Below are positions 52,930-61,175 of a stretch of 64,000 bases of DNA, in pieces. Source of the DNA: an uncultured Bacteroidia bacterium (lineage in GTDB: Bacteria > Bacteroidota > Bacteroidia > Bacteroidales > UBA932); contig CADAXR010000002.1 in NCBI GenBank assembly GCA_902791945.1, positions 9 through 64,008 of the forward strand, in the 5' to 3' direction. Below the pieces are notes generated by a model. It was given only the letters and a program-made list of their open reading frames with translations. It was not told the DNA's origin and did not search any database. The position numbers were made by a program, and so were the translations under genes. Position 1 is the first letter of the stretch, and the number at the start of each line of letters is the position of its first letter.

Positions 52930-53658
52930 CTAAATATTCAAGCATAAATTCTGAAAAGCGGAGACCGCCCGCACGTAGGTGCCGTTGCCACGATCGTAGT
53001 CGCCCGTGAGACCACCGTTGAGGCTCACGAGCCACGCGCACCGGTCATTATCCTTGACGGCGATACTGGACCAATAATAACCCATTACGAGCGTAGGGGC
53101 GCCCATAGCCAGCAGGCATTTGTTGATTTCCTTGCGGTACTGGTGCATTATCTTTAACTGCTTTACCGTGGGGAGATCCCACTTGCCAGGGCGGATGTTG
53201 GCAGTCCCATATTTGCGGCAGAAGTCGGCCGCAGGAGACCCTACGAAGTTGTATTCTTCATCCCCGTCAGGGTCAATATAGATAAGGCCCCTGTTGGTCG
53301 CAATGGCGGCGTCGGTAGCTGCTTTACTGTCGAGGCTCTCGGTGTCGGTTATAAGCTTTGAGGAATCGCTTGACTGGCCCCACTGGGCAACCACCGTATT
53401 ATGGAGGCCGATGAGGAAGGCGGCATCTTCTGTAACGACTGCCACGCATTCCGGGTTGAGGTGTTTTTCAGTATCCCATTTATCAAAAGGGATAAGTTCG
53501 TGCTTGCCATAGTCTGGGCTATTTACACACCAAACGCCAATAGGGCGCTCGTTTGTGAATACGTCCGGGCCAAAGATACGGCGCAGGGCATCCTGCGTTT
53601 TCGGGTCATTCTCGCGGTAAATATCGCGGACCTGGGTTTCTGATAAGACCGTGACCAT
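52930..53658 (-). CDS. DGR target protein 2 (early-region, no signal peptide, DUF1566-like C-terminus)
   Basis: 242 aa. The segment KWDLPTVKQLKIM..YYWSSIAVKDNDRCAWLVSLNGGLTGDYDRGNGTYVRAVSAF contains VR2. Confidence 0.85.
   Translation of the reverse strand: MVTVLSETQVRDIYRENDPKTQDALRRIFGPDVFTNERPIGVWCVNSPDYGKHELIPFDKWDTEKHLNPECVAVVTEDAAFLIGLHNTVVAQWGQSSDSSKLITDTESLDSKAATDAAIATNRGLIYIDPDGDEEYNFVGSPAADFCRKYGTANIRPGKWDLPTVKQLKIMHQYRKEINKCLLAMGAPTLVMGYYWSSIAVKDNDRCAWLVSLNGGLTGDYDRGNGTYVRAVSAFQNLCLNI
52959..53042 (-). repeat. DGR variable repeat 2 (VR2)
   Basis: Gap-free alignment to TR positions 1-84 gives 17 mismatches, all at TR adenine positions (hand count). Confidence 0.9.
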
Positions 53659-53661
53659 AGC

Positions 53662-53922
53662 CTACTCGCTTTCTTCCATTGATTCAATGTAGGAGCGGTT
53701 GAGCGAGGCGCGGGCCTGGGATACCTCAACCTTAATGTCGTGGAGTTCGACCATCAGGTCCTCTTTCTTGCGGCGGATCTTCTCAAGCTCATCCTGATAG
53801 TTTCGCGTGAGGTTGAACTGGGCCAGTTTGAGGTCGTGGATGTTTGCCTGAATGCCCTGGACTTTCTTGTAATAGTCGGCGTTCAGCTGCGACATCTTCG
53901 CATCAAATTCTTTCTGTGTCAT
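53662..53922 (-). CDS. Small coiled-coil early protein
   Basis: 86-aa ORF. Confidence 0.35.
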   Translation of the reverse strand: MTQKEFDAKMSQLNADYYKKVQGIQANIHDLKLAQFNLTRNYQDELEKIRRKKEDLMVELHDIKVEVSQARASLNRSYIESMEESE

Positions 53923-53949
53923 AACTTTTTTGGATTAAGGGTTTGTGTA

Positions 53950-54180
53950 TTAAAATTTGCCAAAGGCGGCTTTCAGGAAAAGGCTGCGGCACTTGTGGAT
54001 AAGCGGGATGCAAGGCTCGCCGTCCTCCCCACGCACGTTGATTCTCACATCGCACCCGTTGATGACATACTCGTGGGTGATGCGGTTGAGCCGGCGGCAG
54101 AACTCGTTCGCCCGCTGGGGCGTGGGAAACCGGTACTGCTCATCCGGCATAATGATCTGCTCAACGGTAATTCCGGACAT
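53950..54180 (-). CDS. Small early protein, unknown function
   Basis: 76-aa ORF. Confidence 0.35.
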   Translation of the reverse strand: MSGITVEQIIMPDEQYRFPTPQRANEFCRRLNRITHEYVINGCDVRINVRGEDGEPCIPLIHKCRSLFLKAAFGKF

Positions 54181-54182
54181 GG

Positions 54183-54422
54183 TTATTCCTCCGCTTTTTT
54201 CGTTTCAATGAGGGCGTCCTTTTCTGCCTGCTTGGCGGATTCCTCCGCATTGCTCGCGCAGATCCAGGCGATAATCCCGTAAACCGCCCCCATATAGAAA
54301 CAATGGTCATAACGGCCGGGTTTGATGAAGGCCCCCACAAAAGAGGTGAGGATTAGGCCGATGGCGACAAGGGCACACGCAATGGCGCCGAGCCGGTGAA
54401 TGAAGGCAAAGATCTTTTCCAT
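54183..54422 (-). CDS. Small membrane protein
   Basis: Start taken at MEKIFAF. Two hydrophobic helices are present. Confidence 0.35.
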   Translation of the reverse strand: MEKIFAFIHRLGAIACALVAIGLILTSFVGAFIKPGRYDHCFYMGAVYGIIAWICASNAEESAKQAEKDALIETKKAEE

Positions 54423-54423
54423 T

Positions 54424-54609
54424 TTATTTATCAGTATTAAAGTGTTTCGGAACCTCAACGCCGCCGCGCTGGATGGCACGCTTGCGGATCTTGCCGGACA
54501 CGCCGCCGGTATAGCGTCCGTTCAGGGCATTTCTGACTGTCGGCCAGGAAACTCTGAACTCTTTTCGCAGGGCTGATTTTTCGCCCGCCTTGACCAAAAT
54601 TTCAGACAT
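54424..54609 (-). CDS. Ner/Cro-like small DNA-binding protein
   Basis: 61 aa from MSEILVKAG. It is the first gene of the early operon, divergent from the repressor. The segment SWPTVRNAL is HTH-like. Confidence 0.45.
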   Translation of the reverse strand: MSEILVKAGEKSALRKEFRVSWPTVRNALNGRYTGGVSGKIRKRAIQRGGVEVPKHFNTDK

Positions 54610-54680
54610 ATTCGATTTCCTATAATAATTTTCGTAACTTTGTAACGCACCTTTCACTATGGAAAGCGATGTGCAAATAT

Positions 54681-54710
54681 ACAGAAAATCTGGAAAACAA
54701 AAACATTTTT
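54681..54710 (+). repeat. 30-bp direct repeat, copy 1 (repressor/early intergenic region)
   Basis: acagaaaatctggaaaacaaaaacattttt, identical to 54990..55019. Confidence 0.95.
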
Positions 54711-54740
54711 CAGTAAAAACTTCAGAATTTATGGATTTTT

Positions 54741-55484
54741 ATGGGTAAAGAGAGTATAAATAAGCGATTTTTAGAGGCCGTACAAGCCTTGATAGACCGA
54801 CCGCCAGGGCTTACCAAGTCTGCCATTGCGGACTCGTTGGGTATAAAGCCGTCTAAATTTACAGAGATTCTGAAAGAGCGAATGATGGCCGGCACTGATG
54901 CTCTTTCCCTTATAGTGGAGAAATATGGGGTTTCCGCCGACTGGCTCTTACGTGGGGAAGGGGAGATGTTTGTTACTCAAACTGATGGCACAGAAAATCT
55001 GGAAAACAAAAACATTTTTTCAAAAAAACTTATACCTCTTTATGACGATGCCAGCACAATAGGTGGGTATAATGACACCGTGGCTGATGTCAACACCCCT
55101 TCTGGGCGGGTCGCGGAGTGGATTGATGCAGGCGACTGGTTCCCGGAGGCCACGTCCGCCATCCGGCATTATGGGGACAGCATGGTAGAGTACCCGTCCG
55201 GGTCAATACTCGCGTTGAAAAGGGTGCAAGATCTGCGTCTTATCCTCAACGGCCGCAGTTATGTGATAGAGACATCTGAATTCCGTGTGACCAAGCAGCT
55301 GCAATACCACGCCGGGGATGACTTTATTATGGCCTACTCAAGCAATAGAGAGACATACCCGGACGGCACGCAGATACACTCTCCGATCACCATACCCCTT
55401 GAGTCAGTACGGAGTATTGACCTGGTACTGGGGTGCGTGCTTAAAGAGTACAGTAATGGGGCAATACCCATCATAAAACGGTAA
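54741..55484 (+). CDS. Phage repressor, XRE-type HTH plus S24 (LexA/CI-like) peptidase domain
   Basis: 247 aa. It has an N-terminal HTH (LTKSAIADSLGIKPSKFTEIL) and a C-terminal GDSMVEYPSGSILALK (S24 Ser motif). It is transcribed toward the prophage end, like Mu c. Confidence 0.8.
   Translation: MGKESINKRFLEAVQALIDRPPGLTKSAIADSLGIKPSKFTEILKERMMAGTDALSLIVEKYGVSADWLLRGEGEMFVTQTDGTENLENKNIFSKKLIPLYDDASTIGGYNDTVADVNTPSGRVAEWIDAGDWFPEATSAIRHYGDSMVEYPSGSILALKRVQDLRLILNGRSYVIETSEFRVTKQLQYHAGDDFIMAYSSNRETYPDGTQIHSPITIPLESVRSIDLVLGCVLKEYSNGAIPIIKR
54990..55019 (+). repeat. 30-bp direct repeat, copy 2 (inside repressor ORF, interdomain linker)
   Basis: Identical 30-mer; here it encodes TENLENKNIF. Confidence 0.95.
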
Positions 55485-55880
55485 AACACACCCCCCTGAG
55501 GGGTATTTTTATACAGAAATCCCGCACAGAGCACCGTGATTTGGCGTTTCTCGCGGGATTTTTCGTGTAAAAAATATGTCATAAAGGGGGGCCAATCCCT
55601 CAAAAAAGCCGTTTTTTTGCCTTGATTTTTTCCATAAAGGGGGTTGAATCAGTCAAAAAGTGGCATCCATTTGGGCACCCATTAGGGCATCCATTGCCAT
55701 TTTTGACGTATTTTCAATAAAAACGACTTGTGCAAAACTCTGGGCATATAGTCTCTTTTCAAGGGCTATTCAAACGCCGTTTTAAGAGGATTCAAGCTTT
55801 GGGCGGACAAATCTTCATAATGCCCTCTAAAACGCTTTCTATTGGCATTTGTGGCGGCGCCTGGGCATAAAAAAGGGCGC

Positions 55881-55952
55881 AATCAAAGTCACGCCCAAGC
55901 AAATCACGGTATAATCAAAGCTTCGGTCTTCCAGGGGGGCCGGAAATCAAAG
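55881..55952 (+). repeat. Three AATCAAAG motifs phased at exactly 32 bp
   Basis: Copies lie at 55881-88, 55913-20 and 55945-52, just inside the repressor-proximal terminal sites. Confidence 0.6.
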
Positions 55953-55967
55953 CAAAATCCAAGTAAA

Positions 55968-56073
55968 TGTACATTTCGTTTTTCGGGCTCAAATTCTCTC
56001 AGCCCTCATAACTCACTGAAAACAAGCAGGTAACGGTATATCCCTACTATATCATACTTGTACATTTCGTTTT
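55968..56073 (-). repeat. Two copies of AAAACGAAATGTACA (minus strand), repressor-proximal prophage end
   Basis: TGTACATTTCGTTTT occurs at 55968-82 and 56059-73. These are inverted relative to the pair at 20689-20725. Confidence 0.75.
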
Positions 56074-56651
56074 ACTGCCCATAAGCCGTTTTTCAGAGGA
56101 TAAGGGCTCGGGTAAGTGATGAACTTGCGGTAGCCGCACAGGATGTCGATCATGGTGTCTATGCCCAGGGCCTTCATGTAGTGGGAATCACGGCCCCACA
56201 CCCTTTCTCCCCATTTGTCGCTTCATGTGGTTTTGCAGGCCGAAGCCACCAGCGCCGTCGTCCAAAAAATACTTATGATTGTTGAAGACGGTGAAATGAA
56301 TAGGAGTTATTTAAACTCGATGCTAGGACCTAATCTATCCCACCGTACTATAATTTTATGTCCCCCCGCCATTTGACTCTTGTCGCATTTGGGAGCATTA
56401 TTCAGATCTGTGATTAGCATATTCATCAATGCATGGACCTCATCCTTAGCTTTATCCGCCTGAGATGACCCCCTTTTCGTTGATAACAATATAAAAATCA
56501 ATCACTAGCAATGAGCTCGGATTTTTGAATAACTTATACAATACTACCATTTTATCAGAAGGATAACTCTCAACTTGCTTCCGGAACCAATCGCGAAAAC
56601 TAGTTCAACAAATTGTTGTAAGAATCGAGAATTATTTGGTAACTTCGCCCT

Positions 56652-58148
56652 ATGAAGGATTTTAGATCATACATTCTTAGTCTTTGTGGCAAGAAAGAAG
56701 GATGCGAGGTTGAATTCAAAAGCTCCAAGGGCGGTTTCCCGGGTACATTTTGGGATACATATTCTTCTTTCGCCAATACCGCTGGCGGAATCATCGTCTT
56801 GGGGATACGCGAGAAGGACAATCAGTTTTCCCTCGATGGACTCACGGAGGAGCAAGTTTATAAGTATAAAAAAATATTCTGGGATGGTGCGCATAATCCC
56901 CAGGTCGTGAACATTTGCCTGCTTCAGGAGACGGATGTTCTTGAAGAGGTGGATGGGGAGGCGCACTATCTTGTTATCAATATTCCCCGTGCAACTTTTG
57001 ACCAAAAACCCATCTATATAAAGGGGGAGCCGTTTCACGGCCATACGTTCCGCCGTAACCATGAGGGTGATTATTCATGTTCTGATGATGAAGTACGCCG
57101 AATGATGGCTGATTCCATAGCCCTTAGCTACGGTTTGGACCGTCGTGTCATAGAAGGTGCGACCATAGAGCGAGATTTAGATGCTGACACTGTCCGTCAG
57201 TATCGCAACGCATTCCGTTCTCGCCATGAAGGCCATCCATGGAATGATCTTTCTGATGCCGAGTTTCTCTCCAAGATAAAAGGTATTGCAAAAGATCCAC
57301 AGACCAATGAAGTCGGAATCACCGGGGCTGCCATCCTGATGTTCGGCAAACATGAGTCAATGCACAAGGCGGCGCCATATTTCTTTGTGGATTTTCGCGA
57401 AAAACTTAGCAGTAATCCCCGGGTTCGCTACACTGACAGGTATTATCCGGACGGGACATGGGAACCGAATCTCTTCCAGTTCTATAATCGTGTCTACAGG
57501 AATATGGACCAGGATATTCCGCACCCTTTCAAGTTGGACGCCAACATGCAGCGCATCGATGAGACGGCGGCAGATGAGGCCCTTCGTGAAGCCATCTGCA
57601 ATACTCTCATCCACTGCAACTGGGCTATGATGTCAGGAGTTGTTATAGAACGTTATCCGGACAGGCATGTCTTCATTAACCCCGGAACGATGCTTATCCC
57701 TATGGAAGATTTCTTCCATGGCGGAAAGAGCATTTGCCGTAACCCCTACCTTCAGGACATGTTCATAGCCATTGGACGTGGCGAACATCTTGGCAGTGGT
57801 GCGGACATCATTGAAAAGGGTTGGAAAGAGAATGGATGGCCAAATCCGGAACTAAAAGAGACATTCGGATCGCATACGGATAGCGTAGAATTGACGCTGC
57901 GTTTGGGGCCTGTTTCCGGACAAAACACAAATAGTGACAAGAAATGTGATAAGAAAAGTGTCAAGAAAACGAAGGAGAGGATCAAAGACATGATGAGAGA
58001 AGATAAGTATATCACCTTGTCTCAAATGGCAGACTCTCTGGAAATCTCAGTAAGTGGAGTGGCGAAATCAATAACAAGGATGCAGGGTCGGGGTGAAGTG
58101 ATTCGGCATGGTGCAGATAACGGCGGCTATTGGGAAGTTCTGAGGTAG
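56652..58148 (+). CDS. AlbA_2 (Schlafen-like) domain / HATPase_c_4 / C-terminal wHTH protein
   Basis: 498 aa. CEVEFKSSKGGFP..FANTAGGIIVLGI is the typical divergent-AAA/AlbA_2 opening. The C-terminal YITLSQMADSLEISVSGVAKSITRM is wHTH-like. Confidence 0.65.
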   Translation: MKDFRSYILSLCGKKEGCEVEFKSSKGGFPGTFWDTYSSFANTAGGIIVLGIREKDNQFSLDGLTEEQVYKYKKIFWDGAHNPQVVNICLLQETDVLEEVDGEAHYLVINIPRATFDQKPIYIKGEPFHGHTFRRNHEGDYSCSDDEVRRMMADSIALSYGLDRRVIEGATIERDLDADTVRQYRNAFRSRHEGHPWNDLSDAEFLSKIKGIAKDPQTNEVGITGAAILMFGKHESMHKAAPYFFVDFREKLSSNPRVRYTDRYYPDGTWEPNLFQFYNRVYRNMDQDIPHPFKLDANMQRIDETAADEALREAICNTLIHCNWAMMSGVVIERYPDRHVFINPGTMLIPMEDFFHGGKSICRNPYLQDMFIAIGRGEHLGSGADIIEKGWKENGWPNPELKETFGSHTDSVELTLRLGPVSGQNTNSDKKCDKKSVKKTKERIKDMMREDKYITLSQMADSLEISVSGVAKSITRMQGRGEVIRHGADNGGYWEVLR

Positions 58149-58210
58149 TTTTAGCCCCGGGAAATATGAGAGTGACCAAAAAGTCAAGTTGAAATAGGTC
58201 ACTCAAAAAA

Positions 58211-59026
58211 CTAATGCTGCATAGCCCGGAGGGCATCTCCGAAGCGGCGGTAGAGGGGACGGATGATCCAGTCCGGGATGAGGGGAACGAAGGCGACGGC
58301 AAGGTGGTTGATGAAGCCCGGAGTGATGCTCCTTCTTCCTCTGAACATGGCCTTGAGGGCCTTCTCGACGGCCTTTTCAGGGGTGATCATCGCGCCGACG
58401 GATTTCATGAAACGCCTCTGCTTTTCGCTGAATCCGAAAAGCGGCGTGTCCACTGCGCCGAAGGAAGCGACGGTCACGCTGACCCCGCTTCCGTGGCACT
58501 CTGTCCGGAGCTCCCTGGAGTAGGCCTTGACGAACCTTTTGGTGTTTCCGTACATGCCGATCACGGGCCAGGCCATGCCTGCGGCAATCGACGAGATGTT
58601 GAGGACCTTTCCCCAGCCCCGCTTCTTCATGTCCGGGATGAACTCGTTGCAGAGCAGGAGCGGAGTCGTGCAGTGGAGCGCCATCATCCGGCTGAGCCTT
58701 TCCTTCGACGCCTCACATATCTCGGAGATGAATATCATACCGGCGTTATTTATAAGGATATCGACGGTGATCCCCGCCGCGTCCGCCGCTTCGCGCACTT
58801 TCGCCGCCGCGTCCGCCGCCGTCAGATCCACCGCCGCCGTGACAATCTTCGCCTCCGCGCCGTTCCGGACGGCGCCGGCGAGGGCCGCGGTCTCTTCGAG
58901 CCCCTGGGCGTTGATGTCGACGAGCAGGAGGCCGTAGCCGGCTTCTGCGAGCCTCTCGGCGTAGATGCGTCCCATCCCGCCTGCGGCACCTGTGATAAGA
59001 GCGTATTTCATAGATGTTTCGTTCAT
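58211..59026 (-). CDS. Short-chain dehydrogenase/reductase (SDR)
   Basis: 271 aa. Motifs are TGAAGGMG and NNAG, with a Tyr/Lys catalytic region (YGNTKRF). Confidence 0.85.
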   Translation of the reverse strand: MNETSMKYALITGAAGGMGRIYAERLAEAGYGLLLVDINAQGLEETAALAGAVRNGAEAKIVTAAVDLTAADAAAKVREAADAAGITVDILINNAGMIFISEICEASKERLSRMMALHCTTPLLLCNEFIPDMKKRGWGKVLNISSIAAGMAWPVIGMYGNTKRFVKAYSRELRTECHGSGVSVTVASFGAVDTPLFGFSEKQRRFMKSVGAMITPEKAVEKALKAMFRGRRSITPGFINHLAVAFVPLIPDWIIRPLYRRFGDALRAMQH

Positions 59027-59123
59027 GGGGCCGCAAAACTACTCAATTATGTCGTAAAACGCAATATTTGAAGATTTCGGGGAGATTGATTAATTTTGCG
59101 GAAGAGACATAACACAACTTGAT

Positions 59124-59696
59124 ATGAAACGCTTCACAAGTATCGTCCTGGCCCTTGTGGCCGCCGCGGCGATCGCGATGCCCGCGATTGCGCAGAACAA
59201 GAAGACATTCAAGGTAAACAAACTCCCGAAGAGCGTCGCAGAGCTCAAGGCCCTCCCGATCTACGACCTGAAGGACCCGTTCTGCACGGCCGCCCTGACG
59301 GTCATCGCCTTCACGGCCTATGAATCCGACCCCGAGGCCTGCTACGAGATGCTCGACGTGCTCAACGGCCCGACCGAGTGGAGCCCCTACGACAAGTCGT
59401 TCTGCAAGAACCAGTTCTCGCAGTACCCTTATGTCGCCCGTTCCTACTTCGCCGGCGCGACGGTGGCCAACGGCTACAAGCCCACGGCTCCCTACACCAT
59501 CACCGTCTCCGACAACCCCAATTCCCGCATCGGCGGCGACAACAGCATAACGCTGTACATCAAGTCTGCCGGAGCTGATTCGCCGCGCGCCGTCGGCTTC
59601 CGCCTGAAGCCCTCGACCGGCGAGTGGTTCGTCACGACCTACAAGGGCATCCTCTCCGGAATCAGACTGCCAGCGGCCGACGACCCCTGGTATTAG
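59124..59696 (+). CDS. Secreted protein of unknown function
   Basis: 190 aa with signal peptide MKRFTSIVLALVAAAAIAMPAIAQ. Confidence 0.5.
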   Translation: MKRFTSIVLALVAAAAIAMPAIAQNKKTFKVNKLPKSVAELKALPIYDLKDPFCTAALTVIAFTAYESDPEACYEMLDVLNGPTEWSPYDKSFCKNQFSQYPYVARSYFAGATVANGYKPTAPYTITVSDNPNSRIGGDNSITLYIKSAGADSPRAVGFRLKPSTGEWFVTTYKGILSGIRLPAADDPWY

Positions 59697-60211
59697 GAGG
59701 AAATCTTCCGCAGCTCGCGAAGAGCAGCGTTGAGGTGATTCTCGACGGTCTTTTTGGATATGCCGAGAGCGAGCGCAATCTCGTCGTTGGACATCCCCTC
59801 AAGGCGTGAGAGCGTCACGACCAGGCGCCGTTTTTCAGGCATTGCGGCAATCCTGTTTTCCATTCTCGAACGTGTCTCCCTGGCGAAGTATTCTTCGTCG
59901 AGGGGATACGTTTCCGAATAATCCTCTTCGATATCGACGCGGACCCTGTGCTTCCTGCCATAATCCAGGGCGGCGTTGCGGCACATCCTGAAAAGGTAGG
60001 CCCCGAAGGATCGGACCTCGGCGAGGGCGGAGCGCATCGTCCAAAGTTTGACGAATATGTTTTGGGCAAGGTCCTTGGCGTCTTCGCCGGAAAGGGCGAA
60101 TCTCGAGAAAAACACCCTAACTTTGGGATAATACTCGTCGAAGAGCTGGCGGAATGCGGCTGTGTCGCCTTCCGTCATCCTTTGAAGCAGGACTTTCTCA
60201 TTGAAGAACAT
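59693..60211 (-). CDS. ECF-type RNA polymerase sigma-70 factor
   Basis: Region 2 is LLQRMTEGDTAAFRQLFDEYYP.. and region 4 is the HTH MSNDEIALALGISKKTVENHL. Start taken at an internal Met. Confidence 0.85.
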   Translation of the reverse strand: MFFNEKVLLQRMTEGDTAAFRQLFDEYYPKVRVFFSRFALSGEDAKDLAQNIFVKLWTMRSALAEVRSFGAYLFRMCRNAALDYGRKHRVRVDIEEDYSETYPLDEEYFARETRSRMENRIAAMPEKRRLVVTLSRLEGMSNDEIALALGISKKTVENHLNAALRELRKISS

Positions 60212-60312
60212 ACGCGGCAAAGTTAGCACGCATTCCAAGAAAAACAAATAATTTTTTCCGGATTGGGTGCAAGCCGTTCATCGTGCGTCATATAAGCAGA
60301 AAAAAGATAATT

Positions 60313-61170
60313 ATGGAAAAATTCAAAGGATGGGACAGCATTGATTCCTCGGATGTTTCGAGGGAAGAGACCGATGCTGCCTGGATTGCGGTCCAGAAGA
60401 AAATAGAGCGTCCCGCCCGTGTGCGGAGGTTCGGCTGGTTTGCTGTTGCCGCGGCTGTCGCCGTTGCTCTTATATCCCCTGTCGCGGCCTATGTGTGGGT
60501 TTCCCGCCAGGAGGTCAACGTACCGCTGATGTGCCAGACATCGACATCCCGCGGAGAAGTGAGGGAAGTGATACTCCCGGACGGGACCAAGGCGGTGCTC
60601 AACGCGGAGACAGTGCTCGTGTATCCGGAGAAATTCGGGGCCGAAAGGAGCGTATTCCTCTCCGGGGAGGCGTCGTTCGACGTGACTTCGGACGAGGCTC
60701 ACCCGTTCTACGTCAAGACCTCCGACGTGACGGTCAAAGTCCACGGCACACGTTTCAACGTGAACGCCTATTTTGATTCGCCGTCGGTCCGGGCCACGCT
60801 TTACCGCGGTGTCATCACGGCATATCCTTCCGACAACGAGGAGCGCGCCGTGACCCTTGCCCCCAACCAGTACTTCGATTATGAAAGGCAGAACGGCGCC
60901 ATCACCACCGCCCCGACCAACGCCCTCGAGGCCGTGGCGTGGGAAAACGGCGACCTGTGTTTCCGTTCCGTCCCCATCCGTTCCGTCGCCAAGACGATAG
61001 AACGCAGGTTCGACGTCACGATCGACTTGACCACGGACCGCTACAATTCGGCCGTCATAACGGCGAATTTCATCCACGGGGAGACCCTCGACGACCTTAT
61101 GGACGCCCTCTGTATGATCGTCCCCGGGATGCGTTACACTCGTGAAGAAAACAGGATTTATCTGAAATAA
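60313..61170 (+). CDS. FecR-family anti-sigma factor
   Basis: It has a TM segment (FGWFAVAAAVAVALI). The FecR domain is ILPDG.KAVLNAE..L.YPEKF..ERSVFLSGEA.FDV. It lies next to the ECF sigma factor. Confidence 0.85.
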   Translation: MEKFKGWDSIDSSDVSREETDAAWIAVQKKIERPARVRRFGWFAVAAAVAVALISPVAAYVWVSRQEVNVPLMCQTSTSRGEVREVILPDGTKAVLNAETVLVYPEKFGAERSVFLSGEASFDVTSDEAHPFYVKTSDVTVKVHGTRFNVNAYFDSPSVRATLYRGVITAYPSDNEERAVTLAPNQYFDYERQNGAITTAPTNALEAVAWENGDLCFRSVPIRSVAKTIERRFDVTIDLTTDRYNSAVITANFIHGETLDDLMDALCMIVPGMRYTREENRIYLK

Positions 61171-61175
61171 ACAAT

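Larger units (their letters stand above)
20669..56095. mobile_element. Mu-like transposable myovirus prophage (~35.4 kb) carrying a DGR
   Basis: Gene order mirrors Mu: S24 repressor, Ner-like, MuA-like DDE transposase, MuB-like ATPase, Gam, GemA, then head, lysis, sheath/tube/TMP/baseplate, and a terminal DNA-modification-type gene. Inverted pairs of AAAACGAAATGTACA lie at both ends. Candidate termini are TG at 20669 and CA at 56095; the exact ends are uncertain. Confidence 0.8.

Noticed and set aside
55842-56033. 63-aa ORF in the prophage end region
   Set aside because: It spans the phased AATCAAAG motifs and a transposase-binding site, and it has basic, low-complexity composition. The region is better explained as regulatory or terminal DNA.
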